A DNA stretch of 64,000 bases from an uncultured Planctomycetota bacterium (GTDB lineage: Bacteria > Planctomycetota > Planctomycetia > Gemmatales > Gemmataceae), in contig CAWKHF010000010.1 of NCBI GenBank assembly GCA_963849325.1, positions 128,001 through 192,000 of the forward strand, in the 5' to 3' direction. The notes under the pieces were generated by a model, which worked only from the letters and a program-made list of their open reading frames with translations, ran no database searches and was not told the origin of the DNA. This document shows positions 43,304 through 54,173 of this stretch, one piece after another; the stretch's first letter is position 1, and every line of letters begins with the position of its first letter. Made by a program: the position numbers and the translations under genes.

Positions 43304-44812
43304 ATGCGTCCCCTGGGGATGGCCATTGTCCTTGCGGCGTTAACTGCCGGAGTCGCCGGCGCCGAAACGTCGCGAGCGCCGAACGTCCTGTGGATCTGCG
43401 CCGACGACCACGCCCCCTACGTCTGCGGCGCCTACGGCAACAAAACCGTGCGCACGCCGAACCTCGACCGCCTGGCCTCCGCGGGCGTGCGCTTCGATCG
43501 CGCCTACTGCAATTCGCCGGTATGCACGGCGTCGCGTCAGTCGTTCCTTTGCGGCCGTTATCCGCGCAGCCTCGGAGTAACGCGGCTGCAAACACCGCTG
43601 CCCGAGGGCGAGCCGACGCTGGCGACGATCTTGCACGCCGCTGGCTATGACACCGCCGCCATCGGCAAGATGCACTTCAACAGCAACCTCAAGCACGGCT
43701 TCGACCTCCGCATCGACCTGCCGCAGCACGCGCGCCAGCTGAAGGAGCATCCGCCCAAGCCGCTGCCGGCCGATGTCCCAGTCCAGCCGCCGTGGCGGCC
43801 GTTCCGCGATCCGGCGCGCGTCTGGCTCAACAGTGCGTGTCTGCCGTTCGCGGCACACGATGAGGACATGGCCGGCACCTTTCTCGCCCGGCAAGCGGCC
43901 GGTTATCTGCGCGAACGCCGCGACAAGCCGTTCTTCCTCATGGTCAGCTTCTACGAGCCGCACTCGCCCTTTCGCTTCCCGGTCGAGTATCGCGGCAAGT
44001 ATCGGCCCGAGCAGTTCCCGGCGCCGAAGGTCGGACCCGAGGACGATGCCCAAATCCCGGCCGTCTTCCGTGACTTGACCGAGCGCGAGAAGCAAGGCAT
44101 CCTCGCCGCCTATCACACGTCCACCGAGTTCATGGACAAGAACGTCGGCCTGGTCCTCGACGCCCTCGAACGGTCCGGTCGTGCCGCCGACACGCTGGTG
44201 ATTTACACGGGCGATCACGGTTACATGCTCGGTCAGCATGGCCGCTTCGAGAAACACTGCTGCTACGAGCCGGCGGTGCGCGCCCCGTTGCTGCTGCGCT
44301 GGCCGGGACACGTCCAGGCGGATCGAGGCACGAAGGCGCTCGTCGAATTCCTCGACATCGCGCCGACGGTGCTCGACGTTTGCCGGGTGCCGGTCGCGGA
44401 ATCGATGCAGGGCCGGAGCCTAGTGCCGCTGCTGCGCGGCGAGCGCCGGCGACACCGCGAGGAGGTCGTGGTGGAGTACGCGGAGAACGAAGAGGCGATG
44501 ATCCGTACCGAGCGTTGGAAGTTCATCTACTGCACCGGCAAGCGAGCGCGGCAGGACGGCTACGCCACCGGCCGGCCGCTGCCGGGCCGGACGATCCGCC
44601 TTTACGACGAGGACAACGATCCTGAGGAAATGACCAACCTCGTCGACAAGCCCGAGCACGCCCGGCTCGTCGCGGACTTCACGGTTCGGCTCGCCGAACA
44701 CCTGAAACGCACGGCTCGCCAGCCCGAATTGGTCCCCACCAAGGGCGACGTACATGCTGTACTGGAATTCTGTTTGCAACCGCGCGACGTGCGGCTGCCG
44801 GCGAAGAAGTAA
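43304..44812 (+). CDS. Sulfatase (formylglycine-dependent, S1)
   Basis: PNVLWICADD; CTASRQSFLCGRYP; GKMH; GDHG; EKH. Confidence 0.93.
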   Translation: MRPLGMAIVLAALTAGVAGAETSRAPNVLWICADDHAPYVCGAYGNKTVRTPNLDRLASAGVRFDRAYCNSPVCTASRQSFLCGRYPRSLGVTRLQTPLPEGEPTLATILHAAGYDTAAIGKMHFNSNLKHGFDLRIDLPQHARQLKEHPPKPLPADVPVQPPWRPFRDPARVWLNSACLPFAAHDEDMAGTFLARQAAGYLRERRDKPFFLMVSFYEPHSPFRFPVEYRGKYRPEQFPAPKVGPEDDAQIPAVFRDLTEREKQGILAAYHTSTEFMDKNVGLVLDALERSGRAADTLVIYTGDHGYMLGQHGRFEKHCCYEPAVRAPLLLRWPGHVQADRGTKALVEFLDIAPTVLDVCRVPVAESMQGRSLVPLLRGERRRHREEVVVEYAENEEAMIRTERWKFIYCTGKRARQDGYATGRPLPGRTIRLYDEDNDPEEMTNLVDKPEHARLVADFTVRLAEHLKRTARQPELVPTKGDVHAVLEFCLQPRDVRLPAKK

Positions 44813-44827
44813 AGGATCGCCGCCCAC

Positions 44828-45742
44828 ATGCCGATCAATCGCTTCGATCAGGCCAGCCGCTACGCCGCCAAGCTGGATGCGCGGGGCTTCCTCGGATGGC
44901 TGCTGCACGAAGAGCCGGCCAGTCCGCGATTCCGAGGCTGGCTGGACACGCGCACGCTCCCCTTCCCCGGCGATCCCGAACGCATTTGTGATACGGTCGC
45001 CTGGCTGAGCGATCCCGATCCGGCGGTGGAATGGGCCATCCCGGTCGAGTTCTGCATCGAGCCGGACGGCAGCCTGTTCGGCCGGTTGCTCGTCTACCTG
45101 GGACAATTGTGGCTGGAGGTCCGCCCGACGGATGTGGGCGGCGAGCGGTTCGCGGTCGGCGCCATCGTGGTCAACCTGACAGGCCACGGCCAAACTTCGC
45201 GGACGATGCGCTTTCTTCAAACGGAAATCCACACCAGCCTCACCGTGGCGGAGCGCAATCTGGCCGACGAGGACGCAGAGGCGACTCTCGCTCATATCGC
45301 CACGGGGACGCTGCCTCGCTGCGTCCTGCCCTGGATCCCGCTGATGCAACGCGGCGGCGAAGACGGTATTATCCAGCAATGGAAGGATCTGGCCGGCCTG
45401 GAACCTGATAGCCGGCGGCGGTCGGACTTCGGCGGTCTGGCGCTGGTCTTCGCCGACGCGGCGCATCGCCTCCCCATCTGGAAGGAAGCCTTGAAGGAGT
45501 GGAACATGCGCGAATCGCAGCAGGTTTTGGAATGGATCAACATGGGCCGGGCCGAGGGCCGGGCCGAAGGAGAAGCGAATGCCTTGCTGCGCTTGCTGGC
45601 GAAACGCTTCCCGCCCGGAGCGCCGCTCGATCTGGCCGCCAAGATCCAGATGACCACCGAACTGGAGCATTTGCGCAAGTGGTTCGACCTGGCATGTACG
45701 GCCGATTCACTCGATGCCTTCCGCCAGGCGGCGGCGCTGTGA
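44828..45742 (+). CDS. Rpn/YhgA-like PD-(D/E)XK protein with DUF4351-like tail
   Basis: FDQASR; RICD...PVEF; RLLVY; PWIPLM; GRAEGRAEG...LLRLLAKRF. Confidence 0.75.
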   Translation: MPINRFDQASRYAAKLDARGFLGWLLHEEPASPRFRGWLDTRTLPFPGDPERICDTVAWLSDPDPAVEWAIPVEFCIEPDGSLFGRLLVYLGQLWLEVRPTDVGGERFAVGAIVVNLTGHGQTSRTMRFLQTEIHTSLTVAERNLADEDAEATLAHIATGTLPRCVLPWIPLMQRGGEDGIIQQWKDLAGLEPDSRRRSDFGGLALVFADAAHRLPIWKEALKEWNMRESQQVLEWINMGRAEGRAEGEANALLRLLAKRFPPGAPLDLAAKIQMTTELEHLRKWFDLACTADSLDAFRQAAAL

Positions 45743-45751
45743 GAGGGCGAG

Positions 45752-46807
45752 CTACAATCCCAGGTGTTCGCGCGCATACGCCATACTCTTGCGCACGTTT
45801 TCCTCCTCAATGGCGAGTTGTTCCTTCGGAGTCCGGCCGCTGATGCGCGGCAGGGGCCGCGATGGCTTGTGCTTGCGGACCAGGGCCAGCGTGCGGGCGA
45901 GGTCGCGGCCCGGTACGCCCGTGGAGGTCGCCCAGTATTTGTCCGTCAGACAGGGCACACGTAGCGGATCGCGGGTAATCATCTCCAGGTTCAAGCGAAT
46001 CTCCGGCCGCGCCGCGCGGAGAAGTGCGATCATCTTCGGCAAATCGAGGAAGCCTTCACCCAGCGGCACCTCGGCGAGCAGGAAGCCGTCGTCGTACTCG
46101 GCGACGGCCATGTCCTTCAGATGTACCGTGAGAGCATGGGGGGCGAGCGTCCGCACCACTTCCAGCGGATTTTCCAGGAGCGCGATGCTGTTGCCGGTAT
46201 CGACGCATGCGCCGACGTGCCGGCTGTCCAGGCGCTTGAGCAGATCGATCAGTTCGCCGGCGCGATAGTCCTTGTGGTTCTCGATCGCCAGGAGCATGTC
46301 GTGACGCGTGACGATCGGCTCGGCCAACGTCACGGACTGCCAGGCTTGCTCCGCCGCGCGGCGAAAGTCGTCGGCGCCGGCGAATTGCTCGTATCGCCGG
46401 CCGCCGAAGAGCACGGTGCGCAGCACCTTCGCCCCAACCTCGCGGGCGCTGTGCAGCTCCGCCGTGAAGCGTTCGCTGTCGGCACGGTCCCTCGGCAGAC
46501 GGATCGTGCCTTCCAGATACATGCCGAACGCTTCGAGCTTCTTGCGCAGCCCGGCGAGATAGTTCCGGTCGCGCATGCCGATGCCGATCTGCACGCCGCC
46601 GGCGCCCAGCTCATGACAATGTTCGAGGAAGGCGATCGGATCGCTGAAGCCGGGCTTGCCGGCAGCGCGGTCGGCCGACAGACGGACGGCGTAGGAATAC
46701 TGGACCACGCCCAGGCGCTTTTGTTCGCCTCCGTCGGCCGCGAACAGGGCTTGCGCCAGCGGCAGAGTCGCCGCGGATGCCAGGAATCGTCGCCGGTCCC
46801 GGTTCAT
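45752..46807 (-). CDS. Sugar phosphate isomerase/epimerase (AP-endonuclease-2 TIM barrel), Tat signal
   Basis: RRRFL; AIENHKD; DTGN; HLKD; NLEMITR. Confidence 0.88.
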   Translation of the reverse strand: MNRDRRRFLASAATLPLAQALFAADGGEQKRLGVVQYSYAVRLSADRAAGKPGFSDPIAFLEHCHELGAGGVQIGIGMRDRNYLAGLRKKLEAFGMYLEGTIRLPRDRADSERFTAELHSAREVGAKVLRTVLFGGRRYEQFAGADDFRRAAEQAWQSVTLAEPIVTRHDMLLAIENHKDYRAGELIDLLKRLDSRHVGACVDTGNSIALLENPLEVVRTLAPHALTVHLKDMAVAEYDDGFLLAEVPLGEGFLDLPKMIALLRAARPEIRLNLEMITRDPLRVPCLTDKYWATSTGVPGRDLARTLALVRKHKPSRPLPRISGRTPKEQLAIEEENVRKSMAYAREHLGL

Positions 46808-46811
46808 GATC

Positions 46812-48188
<1,377 letters not shown>

Positions 48189-48295
48189 TTGGCTCCTTCA
48201 CGAGACGGTTCCCCCGTAGCTGCCGAAGAGGCGAAAGGCGAGTTCATTATGGCATCCGCCGCGAACGTCTCCAACGCAAAAACGAGACCGTCCGG

Positions 48296-48385
48296 CGGGT
48301 TGCGCACCTCCGACCGATAGGGGTCGATGAAGGACTCTTCGTACTCCTCGGCAGCCAGGCTCCAGTGCTGCGCTTGTTGGGACAT
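48296..48385 (-). pseudogene. Possible N-terminal gene fragment at island edge
   Basis: MSQQAQHWSLAAEEYEESFIDPY resembles starts of class I methyltransferases; no motif I follows. Confidence 0.35.
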
Positions 48386-48597
48386 GCGCGTTCGCTTGTG
48401 GTTCCGGTTAAGGCATTCCGCCATGCACCCTTTATCGTGCAACGCGGGGAGATTCAGGGCGACGAGCGGCGGACGGTCGCATGCAAGCTCAACGGTAGTT
48501 GCCTTGCGTACTGAACACCAGTACAATTTCGTTTATCAGTGCGGGATTAGCAAGAGCGGAAACCCGAATGTTTCCACCAACAAATGAGGAGCATTTC

Positions 48598-51048
48598 ATG
48601 CCGTTCGACAATGCCGAGAGTTTGTTACGGGCATTGTTGTCGTCTATCAAGAGTAGCGACATCCGTAAAATACTGGAGGAAATCGGGGACTACGGCAGCG
48701 CAGAGTTAGACCAGCCGTTCGGCCCCTTCCAGTTTTGCTGGCACGCCTTCGGCAACAACCCCTCAAACATCTCCTCCATCGGTCTGGGCACGAAGCCCGG
48801 CCGTAGCCTGACCGAACGCTACACCAACGGGACCGACAGCATCTTTGAGGACCGTGCCCCAGCCGGCGTGCCACTCCCGCGATCCGCTCGGGAGGCCGCT
48901 CAGCAATGGTTCGGTCGGCCTGTGAGCGGCCCCGAGGACGGGCTGTTTAACTGGAACTACAGCGAGCACGACTACGACCGGCGCATCTCGGTGATACTCT
49001 TGAATAGTGGTGACGAAACCGCGCCGACGGTAGACGTGTTGGACGATGGCATCGGCATCCAGCCCGACATGTTTTCCTCTACCATCCTCAGCCTACAATC
49101 GGGTAACAAGATTACCAAGTGGTACTTGATCGGAGCCTTCGGGCAGGGCGGTGCCTCCACGCTAGCGTTCGCGGACTACACGGTCATTGTGTCCCGCCAC
49201 CGGGACAACCCCAGCATCGTCGGCTTTACAATTATCCGGGTGCTGAAGTTAAACGAGCAGTACAAGGAAGACTGCTACGCCTACCTCTGCCTCAAAAGTT
49301 CCTCGGGCACCATCAGCGTCCCGTCGTGCCAGCTGGGCAATGAGACCCTCGTGATCTATGAACAGCATACTGGAGCCCGGATCCCCACACTCAAGAAAGG
49401 CACGCTGGTGCGCCACATTGGCTACCAGCTCCCGAAGCTGAGCGGCACCCTGGCCCCCAGCCCAGGCAACCTCTACCACTACCTGCACTGCTCTGCCTTC
49501 GACCCGTTGCTGCCTTTTCGGCTGATCGACTTGCGGCGCGACGAGGCGGACAACGAGATTGTGACCGGCAGTCGCAACCGCCTCATGAAGCTGGTTCCCT
49601 GGAACTCAGAGACCAGTCCGAAGACGACCGGATCCTTCCTGCGTTACCACCGTGAGATGGAATACTTCGCCCCGCACGGCACCCAAGACCCGTGCATCGG
49701 CATCGAGTTTTGGGTTGTATTCAACTATCGCAAGGGGCGAGGCGAGCAGAAGAACCTGCCCACATTGCGACCGCACTCCAATGAGTTGTTCGTCATGACC
49801 GGGCACCCCGTGGTCGGTACCCTGAACGGGCAGAATCAGGGGGAGCTGACGGCTCAGCTGCTCCGCGACTTGAGCCTCGGTATGGTAGCGCGGCACATCG
49901 TGATCCATATCGATGCCTCGAAGGCCGACAGCCGGGTCCGGCGGGAGCTGTTCGCCACGAACCGGGAAGGTTTCAAGGACGGGGCCGTCCTGACCAGTCT
50001 GATTAACATGCTCGAAAAGATGCTCAGTGAAGATGATACCCTCAAGGAGATCGAGCGCGAGTTGACGGAAAAGTTAGCGAAAAGGGAATCACAGGCCACA
50101 AGCGAGGATGTCAAGCGCCAGGTCGTTAAGCTTCTACAGGAGGCCGGCTTGAAGCTCCAATCCGAAGGACCAACCCTGGTGCCGGGGGAGGGGCAGGAAA
50201 AGATGCCGGTCAAGAAGCACCGCCCAGGCAGGCCGGTCAAGCCGCAGCCCCTGCCGACCCTGCCCTTCCCCCAGGTCACCAAGTTCACCATCGTCACCCC
50301 CAAGCCGAAGATGAGTGTCCACATCAATGACAGCGAGGTGGTGCTCGTTGAGACGGACGCCGACTCCGAGTTCGACCGCCAGGCGCGGGTTGCCATCCGC
50401 TCCGAACCCGACTGCCTGGAGTTGGCCGGGAAGTCGCCACTCGGCGGCGGCCGTATCCGCTGGCGACTCCGACCACGACAGACGGCCAAGGCGGGGGACG
50501 TTGGCCGCATCATCGTGACGCTCACCAAGCCGGATGGCTCCCAGCTCAGCGACACGACGGACTTCGAGGTCTTGGCCGCCTTGGAGCAGTCGGTAAAAAA
50601 GGCCAAGGGCGTCGTCCCGCAGTTCGATATTATCCCCATCAATCCGGTCGATAACCCGGAACAGTGGGAGGCGGCGTGGCCGAACTTGGGGACTGATGCC
50701 TCGGCTGAAGAACTGGCCTCGGTGGCCTACAAGCCGGTCTCGGTCGGCGGCGGGATCGTCGTATACTACTCGACCATCTTTGGGCCGTTCCAGGAGCAAG
50801 TGGAGAGGCTCAAGAACGCGGCGGCGGCGCTGCCGGCCCTCTTTCGCACGAACTACGAAATCTGGATCGGCTACCACGCCATCTTACAGGAGAACAGCCG
50901 CATTGGCATGAAGGGGACGATCGAGGACGAAGCCCTGGAAACAATCCTTGAGGAGGACCGTATCCGCGTGGCCAAGATGCAGGTGAAGCAGGCCAAGTCC
51001 ACAGCCGAACTGATGTACCAGACCATGCGCGACCAGGCAGCTGAATGA
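48598..51048 (+). CDS. Large GHKL (MORC/Hsp90-like) ATPase, 816 aa
   Basis: GAGGAG RBS; ERYTNGTD (ExxxNxxD), DDGIG, GAFGQGG, KKGTLV; coiled coil; beta-rich C-terminal region. Confidence 0.82.
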   Translation: MPFDNAESLLRALLSSIKSSDIRKILEEIGDYGSAELDQPFGPFQFCWHAFGNNPSNISSIGLGTKPGRSLTERYTNGTDSIFEDRAPAGVPLPRSAREAAQQWFGRPVSGPEDGLFNWNYSEHDYDRRISVILLNSGDETAPTVDVLDDGIGIQPDMFSSTILSLQSGNKITKWYLIGAFGQGGASTLAFADYTVIVSRHRDNPSIVGFTIIRVLKLNEQYKEDCYAYLCLKSSSGTISVPSCQLGNETLVIYEQHTGARIPTLKKGTLVRHIGYQLPKLSGTLAPSPGNLYHYLHCSAFDPLLPFRLIDLRRDEADNEIVTGSRNRLMKLVPWNSETSPKTTGSFLRYHREMEYFAPHGTQDPCIGIEFWVVFNYRKGRGEQKNLPTLRPHSNELFVMTGHPVVGTLNGQNQGELTAQLLRDLSLGMVARHIVIHIDASKADSRVRRELFATNREGFKDGAVLTSLINMLEKMLSEDDTLKEIERELTEKLAKRESQATSEDVKRQVVKLLQEAGLKLQSEGPTLVPGEGQEKMPVKKHRPGRPVKPQPLPTLPFPQVTKFTIVTPKPKMSVHINDSEVVLVETDADSEFDRQARVAIRSEPDCLELAGKSPLGGGRIRWRLRPRQTAKAGDVGRIIVTLTKPDGSQLSDTTDFEVLAALEQSVKKAKGVVPQFDIIPINPVDNPEQWEAAWPNLGTDASAEELASVAYKPVSVGGGIVVYYSTIFGPFQEQVERLKNAAAALPALFRTNYEIWIGYHAILQENSRIGMKGTIEDEALETILEEDRIRVAKMQVKQAKSTAELMYQTMRDQAAE

Positions 51049-51054
51049 CCTGTG

Positions 51055-52209
51055 TTAGCGTGCTACCCGATGCACAAGCAAGACCTCAGATGTATGCTTC
51101 GTCTCATCCCTCAGCCCTGTGTACCATTTCCTGTTGGGTACTGATCGCCAGAATTGGCTGGGTCGATGGCCTTCGCATTCATACTCCTCGAAACCTGCTT
51201 CACGCATGGCCTCACGGTACAGGGGCAAGTGCTCGTTCGGCTTGCCGAAGCCAACCAGCTGTACGACATAGGCGTCATCCCTGACGACCTTGCGTATCTC
51301 GGTGAAGGCCAGCCGCAACTTGCCGAAGTACAGTTCCTCGTGCTTCTGATTACGGCGGTCGCCGAAGGTGTAGAAGGCAGAGCCCTGGCCATCCTGGCAG
51401 TCCGCGATCCAGAAGGGGGCGGACGTTTCGCGACGGCCCAGAACTTGCCAGCGGTGATAGAGGACGTGCGTTCCAGGGTACGGCGGCGAGGTAACGACTA
51501 GCTTGGGCGGTGACTCGCAGAGCAGCTTCGATGGCAGTGTGTTGATCTCATCCGCTGATCCGTGAAAGGCTTCAATGGTGGTGGGCTTGCCGCCCAAAGC
51601 GGATACTCGCTCGGCCAAGGCCTTGAGTCCAGCGGTCATGGAGATGGCATGCTCGATGATCCGCTCTCGGAAATCCGCCGCCGTGGGCAGACGTTTCTTG
51701 CAGTCCACGGCCCACTGCACCGTCTTGAGCACGATACACCGGACGACGGGCTGCAATCGTTCCGGCAGATGATTGACACCATTAATCGCTTGCTCCGCCA
51801 CCTTCCTGAAGCGCCAAGGCAGGTTCTCTTGGTAGCCTAGCTCTTTCCATTCCCCATGACGCTCTACGGGCTTGTGGGGAGATAATTCCGGCGTAACATT
51901 GATGGCCCAATCAAGAATAGCGTCCAACTCGTCTTGGCAAAGAAGGATCGTCTTCACCTGAGCCAAGAACACGGCCAGGCGGCTGATGTCCACGCCTACG
52001 GCCTGCCGCCCGAGGGCAAGCGCCTCGACCAGGCTGGTTGCTCCTCCCGAGAAAGGATCCAAAATTGTATCGCCTGGTTTGGTGAAGCACTCGATAGCCG
52101 CGCGGGCGACGAGAGGGGAAAACCGAGCGGGGTAGCGGTAGAAATCGTGCGTCAGTCCAGAGACCACACCCGTAAAGTTGATCGCTTCAATAAGCCGCTC
52201 CAGCCGCAT
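51055..52209 (-). CDS. Amino-type DNA methyltransferase, probably m4C, alpha motif order
   Basis: THDFYRYPARF; motif I ILDPFSGGATS; GVDIS; motif IV VVTSPPY. Confidence 0.88.
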   Translation of the reverse strand: MRLERLIEAINFTGVVSGLTHDFYRYPARFSPLVARAAIECFTKPGDTILDPFSGGATSLVEALALGRQAVGVDISRLAVFLAQVKTILLCQDELDAILDWAINVTPELSPHKPVERHGEWKELGYQENLPWRFRKVAEQAINGVNHLPERLQPVVRCIVLKTVQWAVDCKKRLPTAADFRERIIEHAISMTAGLKALAERVSALGGKPTTIEAFHGSADEINTLPSKLLCESPPKLVVTSPPYPGTHVLYHRWQVLGRRETSAPFWIADCQDGQGSAFYTFGDRRNQKHEELYFGKLRLAFTEIRKVVRDDAYVVQLVGFGKPNEHLPLYREAMREAGFEEYECEGHRPSQFWRSVPNRKWYTGLRDETKHTSEVLLVHRVAR

Positions 52210-52248
52210 CTCGTCTCTCCTCCCGCAGGTCAATGAGAACGCTCGACC

Positions 52249-52518
52249 TCAAGCTTTTGTTGGCCTGCGCTCGTACCAGTCCATCCATGCCTTCGTCGTA
52301 ATGCCGGTTAACGCCTCGATTTTGGCGAATCGATCAACCTTTGGGCGTCTCTTCCCTGTTTCCCACGAACCGACCGCTGTGTGAGATACCCCGAGACGGC
52401 GGGCCAAAACCGAGCGGTTCCACCCTTCCGGCGGCTGATTGAGCCTCCACTGACGGAGCGGATTATCATCTTTCCAGGTCGTTAAAGGATCCTTCTCGCC
52501 CCTACGGTGCTTGGCCAT
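52249..52518 (-). CDS. Cro/C1-type (XRE) HTH regulator
   Basis: LRQWR...LARRLGVSHTAVGSWETGKRRP. Confidence 0.88.
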   Translation of the reverse strand: MAKHRRGEKDPLTTWKDDNPLRQWRLNQPPEGWNRSVLARRLGVSHTAVGSWETGKRRPKVDRFAKIEALTGITTKAWMDWYERRPTKA

Positions 52519-52549
52519 AACGCCCTCAGCGGGTGTTGCATTAATTGAA

Positions 52550-52587
52550 GCAATTGATACAGCCTAGTGCTCTTCCTAATCAATTGC
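52550..52587. promoter_or_regulatory. Candidate operator upstream of HTH-MTase unit
   Basis: GCAATTGAT-N20-ATCAATTGC perfect inverted repeat; extra TAATTGA at 52542. Confidence 0.55.
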
Positions 52588-53078
52588 AAGAGATTCGTTG
52601 ATTTTTTTCGGGATTTGCTGTTTTGATGGGAGATCGGCGAGCACTCTCTTGAGACGATCGAAGACAAGTATCCTTGCTTGTCCTACACCTTTTTACCTTG
52701 GCACACACGTTCTGCCTTTAGTACGAACCTTCCTAGCCCGTCCTACTACCTCGGGGGCCGCCGGCGATCCGTACGCCGGTCAGCCCCTGCCGCGCGATGC
52801 CGGCATCGGCTCGCGCACCTTCCTCAACGCCCAAACCGGCCGCTTCCTGTCCGATTTAGGGGGAAGACGCCCCCGTTTAGGGTTTTGGTCCGCCCGTTCC
52901 CGGAGCGAACGGAAAAAAGCCCTTCCGAGTCGGCTTGTCAAAAAATCTTCTTTTGTTCTTGACATCCCCTTGGCATGCGTTACCATCAAACCATCTCTCC
53001 GGCCTCTTCTCTGTTCCGGCCCCGCTGTTCGGCCTGCTTGCAGGAAGTTCAGCGGGGTTTTTTTGCGCACCCTTCTCC

Positions 53079-54146
53079 TCACTCACTCCGCCTTCGTTGC
53101 CATTGGCTCAGTGCCGTGTTGACGATGACGATAGCGCCGATGAGGACGTACTTCACCTCCACGGCCACACCGAACAGGTTGACGCCGTTTTCGAGGATGG
53201 CCAGGATGAGCACGCCCAGGAGGGTGCCGGTTACGTTGCCCTGGCCGCCGGACAGGCTCGCTCCGCCGATGACCACGGCCGCGATCACGTCCAACTCCAG
53301 GCCGACGCTGGAGGTCGGATCGCCGCCGCTGCCCTGGGCGAAGACGAGGATGCCGGCCCAGCCCGTCAACAGGCCGGCCAGCACGTAGATCCAGACCTTG
53401 GTGCGTTCGACGGCGATGCCGCACAACCGGGCCGTCGTCTCGCTGGAGCCGATCGCGTAACAGTAACGGCCGAACACCGTCAGCCGCAGCACCAGGGCCA
53501 TGAGCACGGCCAGGGCCAACACGCTCCACACGCCGGGGTCGAACAGGTAGCGATCGACAGTGGCCCGCGCCAGGGCATCGACCCAGCCCGGCCGCGCCCC
53601 CGGAAAGGAGATCGTCTTGCGGCCCGCCAGCCAGACGGCCAGGCCGCGGGCGATGCTCAACATGCCCAGCGTCGCCACGAACGGCGTCACGCGCAACCGC
53701 GTCACGGCCAGGCCGTTGACCAACCCCGCCAGGCCGCCCACGCCGACGCCGACGCTCACCGACGCCAGGCTCGCCGTCGTCGGCCCGTGCCGCGCTTCCA
53801 GCAAGCGATAAATCTGCATCGACACCACCGTCACCAGGGCCACGACGGAGCCGACCGACAGATCGATGCCGCCGCTGAGGATGACGACCAACATGCCCAG
53901 GGCGGTCACCGCCGGCACGCTGCTGGTGTGCAAGAGCACCTGAATGTTCCGCAGGCTCAGAAACGTGGTCAGCTGCCCCTTCCAGTACAGCAGCAGGACG
54001 AACAGGATCAGCACCGCCGCCAGGCCGAGCATGGGGCCGGTCAGCCAGCGCGGTTGGGCCAAGAAGATCGAGGAGGGAAGCGGCGTTGCGGCCTCTTCCA
54101 GGGCCGGGTCGGCGAGAGGCTTGGCGGTGGGGAAGTCATCGGTCAT
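53079..54146 (-). CDS. Sugar ABC permease (RbsC-like)
   Basis: GGIDLSVGS; PFVATLG; GRYCYAIGS; LELDVIAAVVIGGASLSGG. Confidence 0.93.
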   Translation of the reverse strand: MTDDFPTAKPLADPALEEAATPLPSSIFLAQPRWLTGPMLGLAAVLILFVLLLYWKGQLTTFLSLRNIQVLLHTSSVPAVTALGMLVVILSGGIDLSVGSVVALVTVVSMQIYRLLEARHGPTTASLASVSVGVGVGGLAGLVNGLAVTRLRVTPFVATLGMLSIARGLAVWLAGRKTISFPGARPGWVDALARATVDRYLFDPGVWSVLALAVLMALVLRLTVFGRYCYAIGSSETTARLCGIAVERTKVWIYVLAGLLTGWAGILVFAQGSGGDPTSSVGLELDVIAAVVIGGASLSGGQGNVTGTLLGVLILAILENGVNLFGVAVEVKYVLIGAIVIVNTALSQWQRRRSE

Positions 54147-54173
54147 GGTTGTCGTCTCGGTCCCCGATGCCGA

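Noticed and set aside
43520-43540. Sulfatase motif CTASR instead of CxPxR
   Set aside because: CxAxR is a known functional variant
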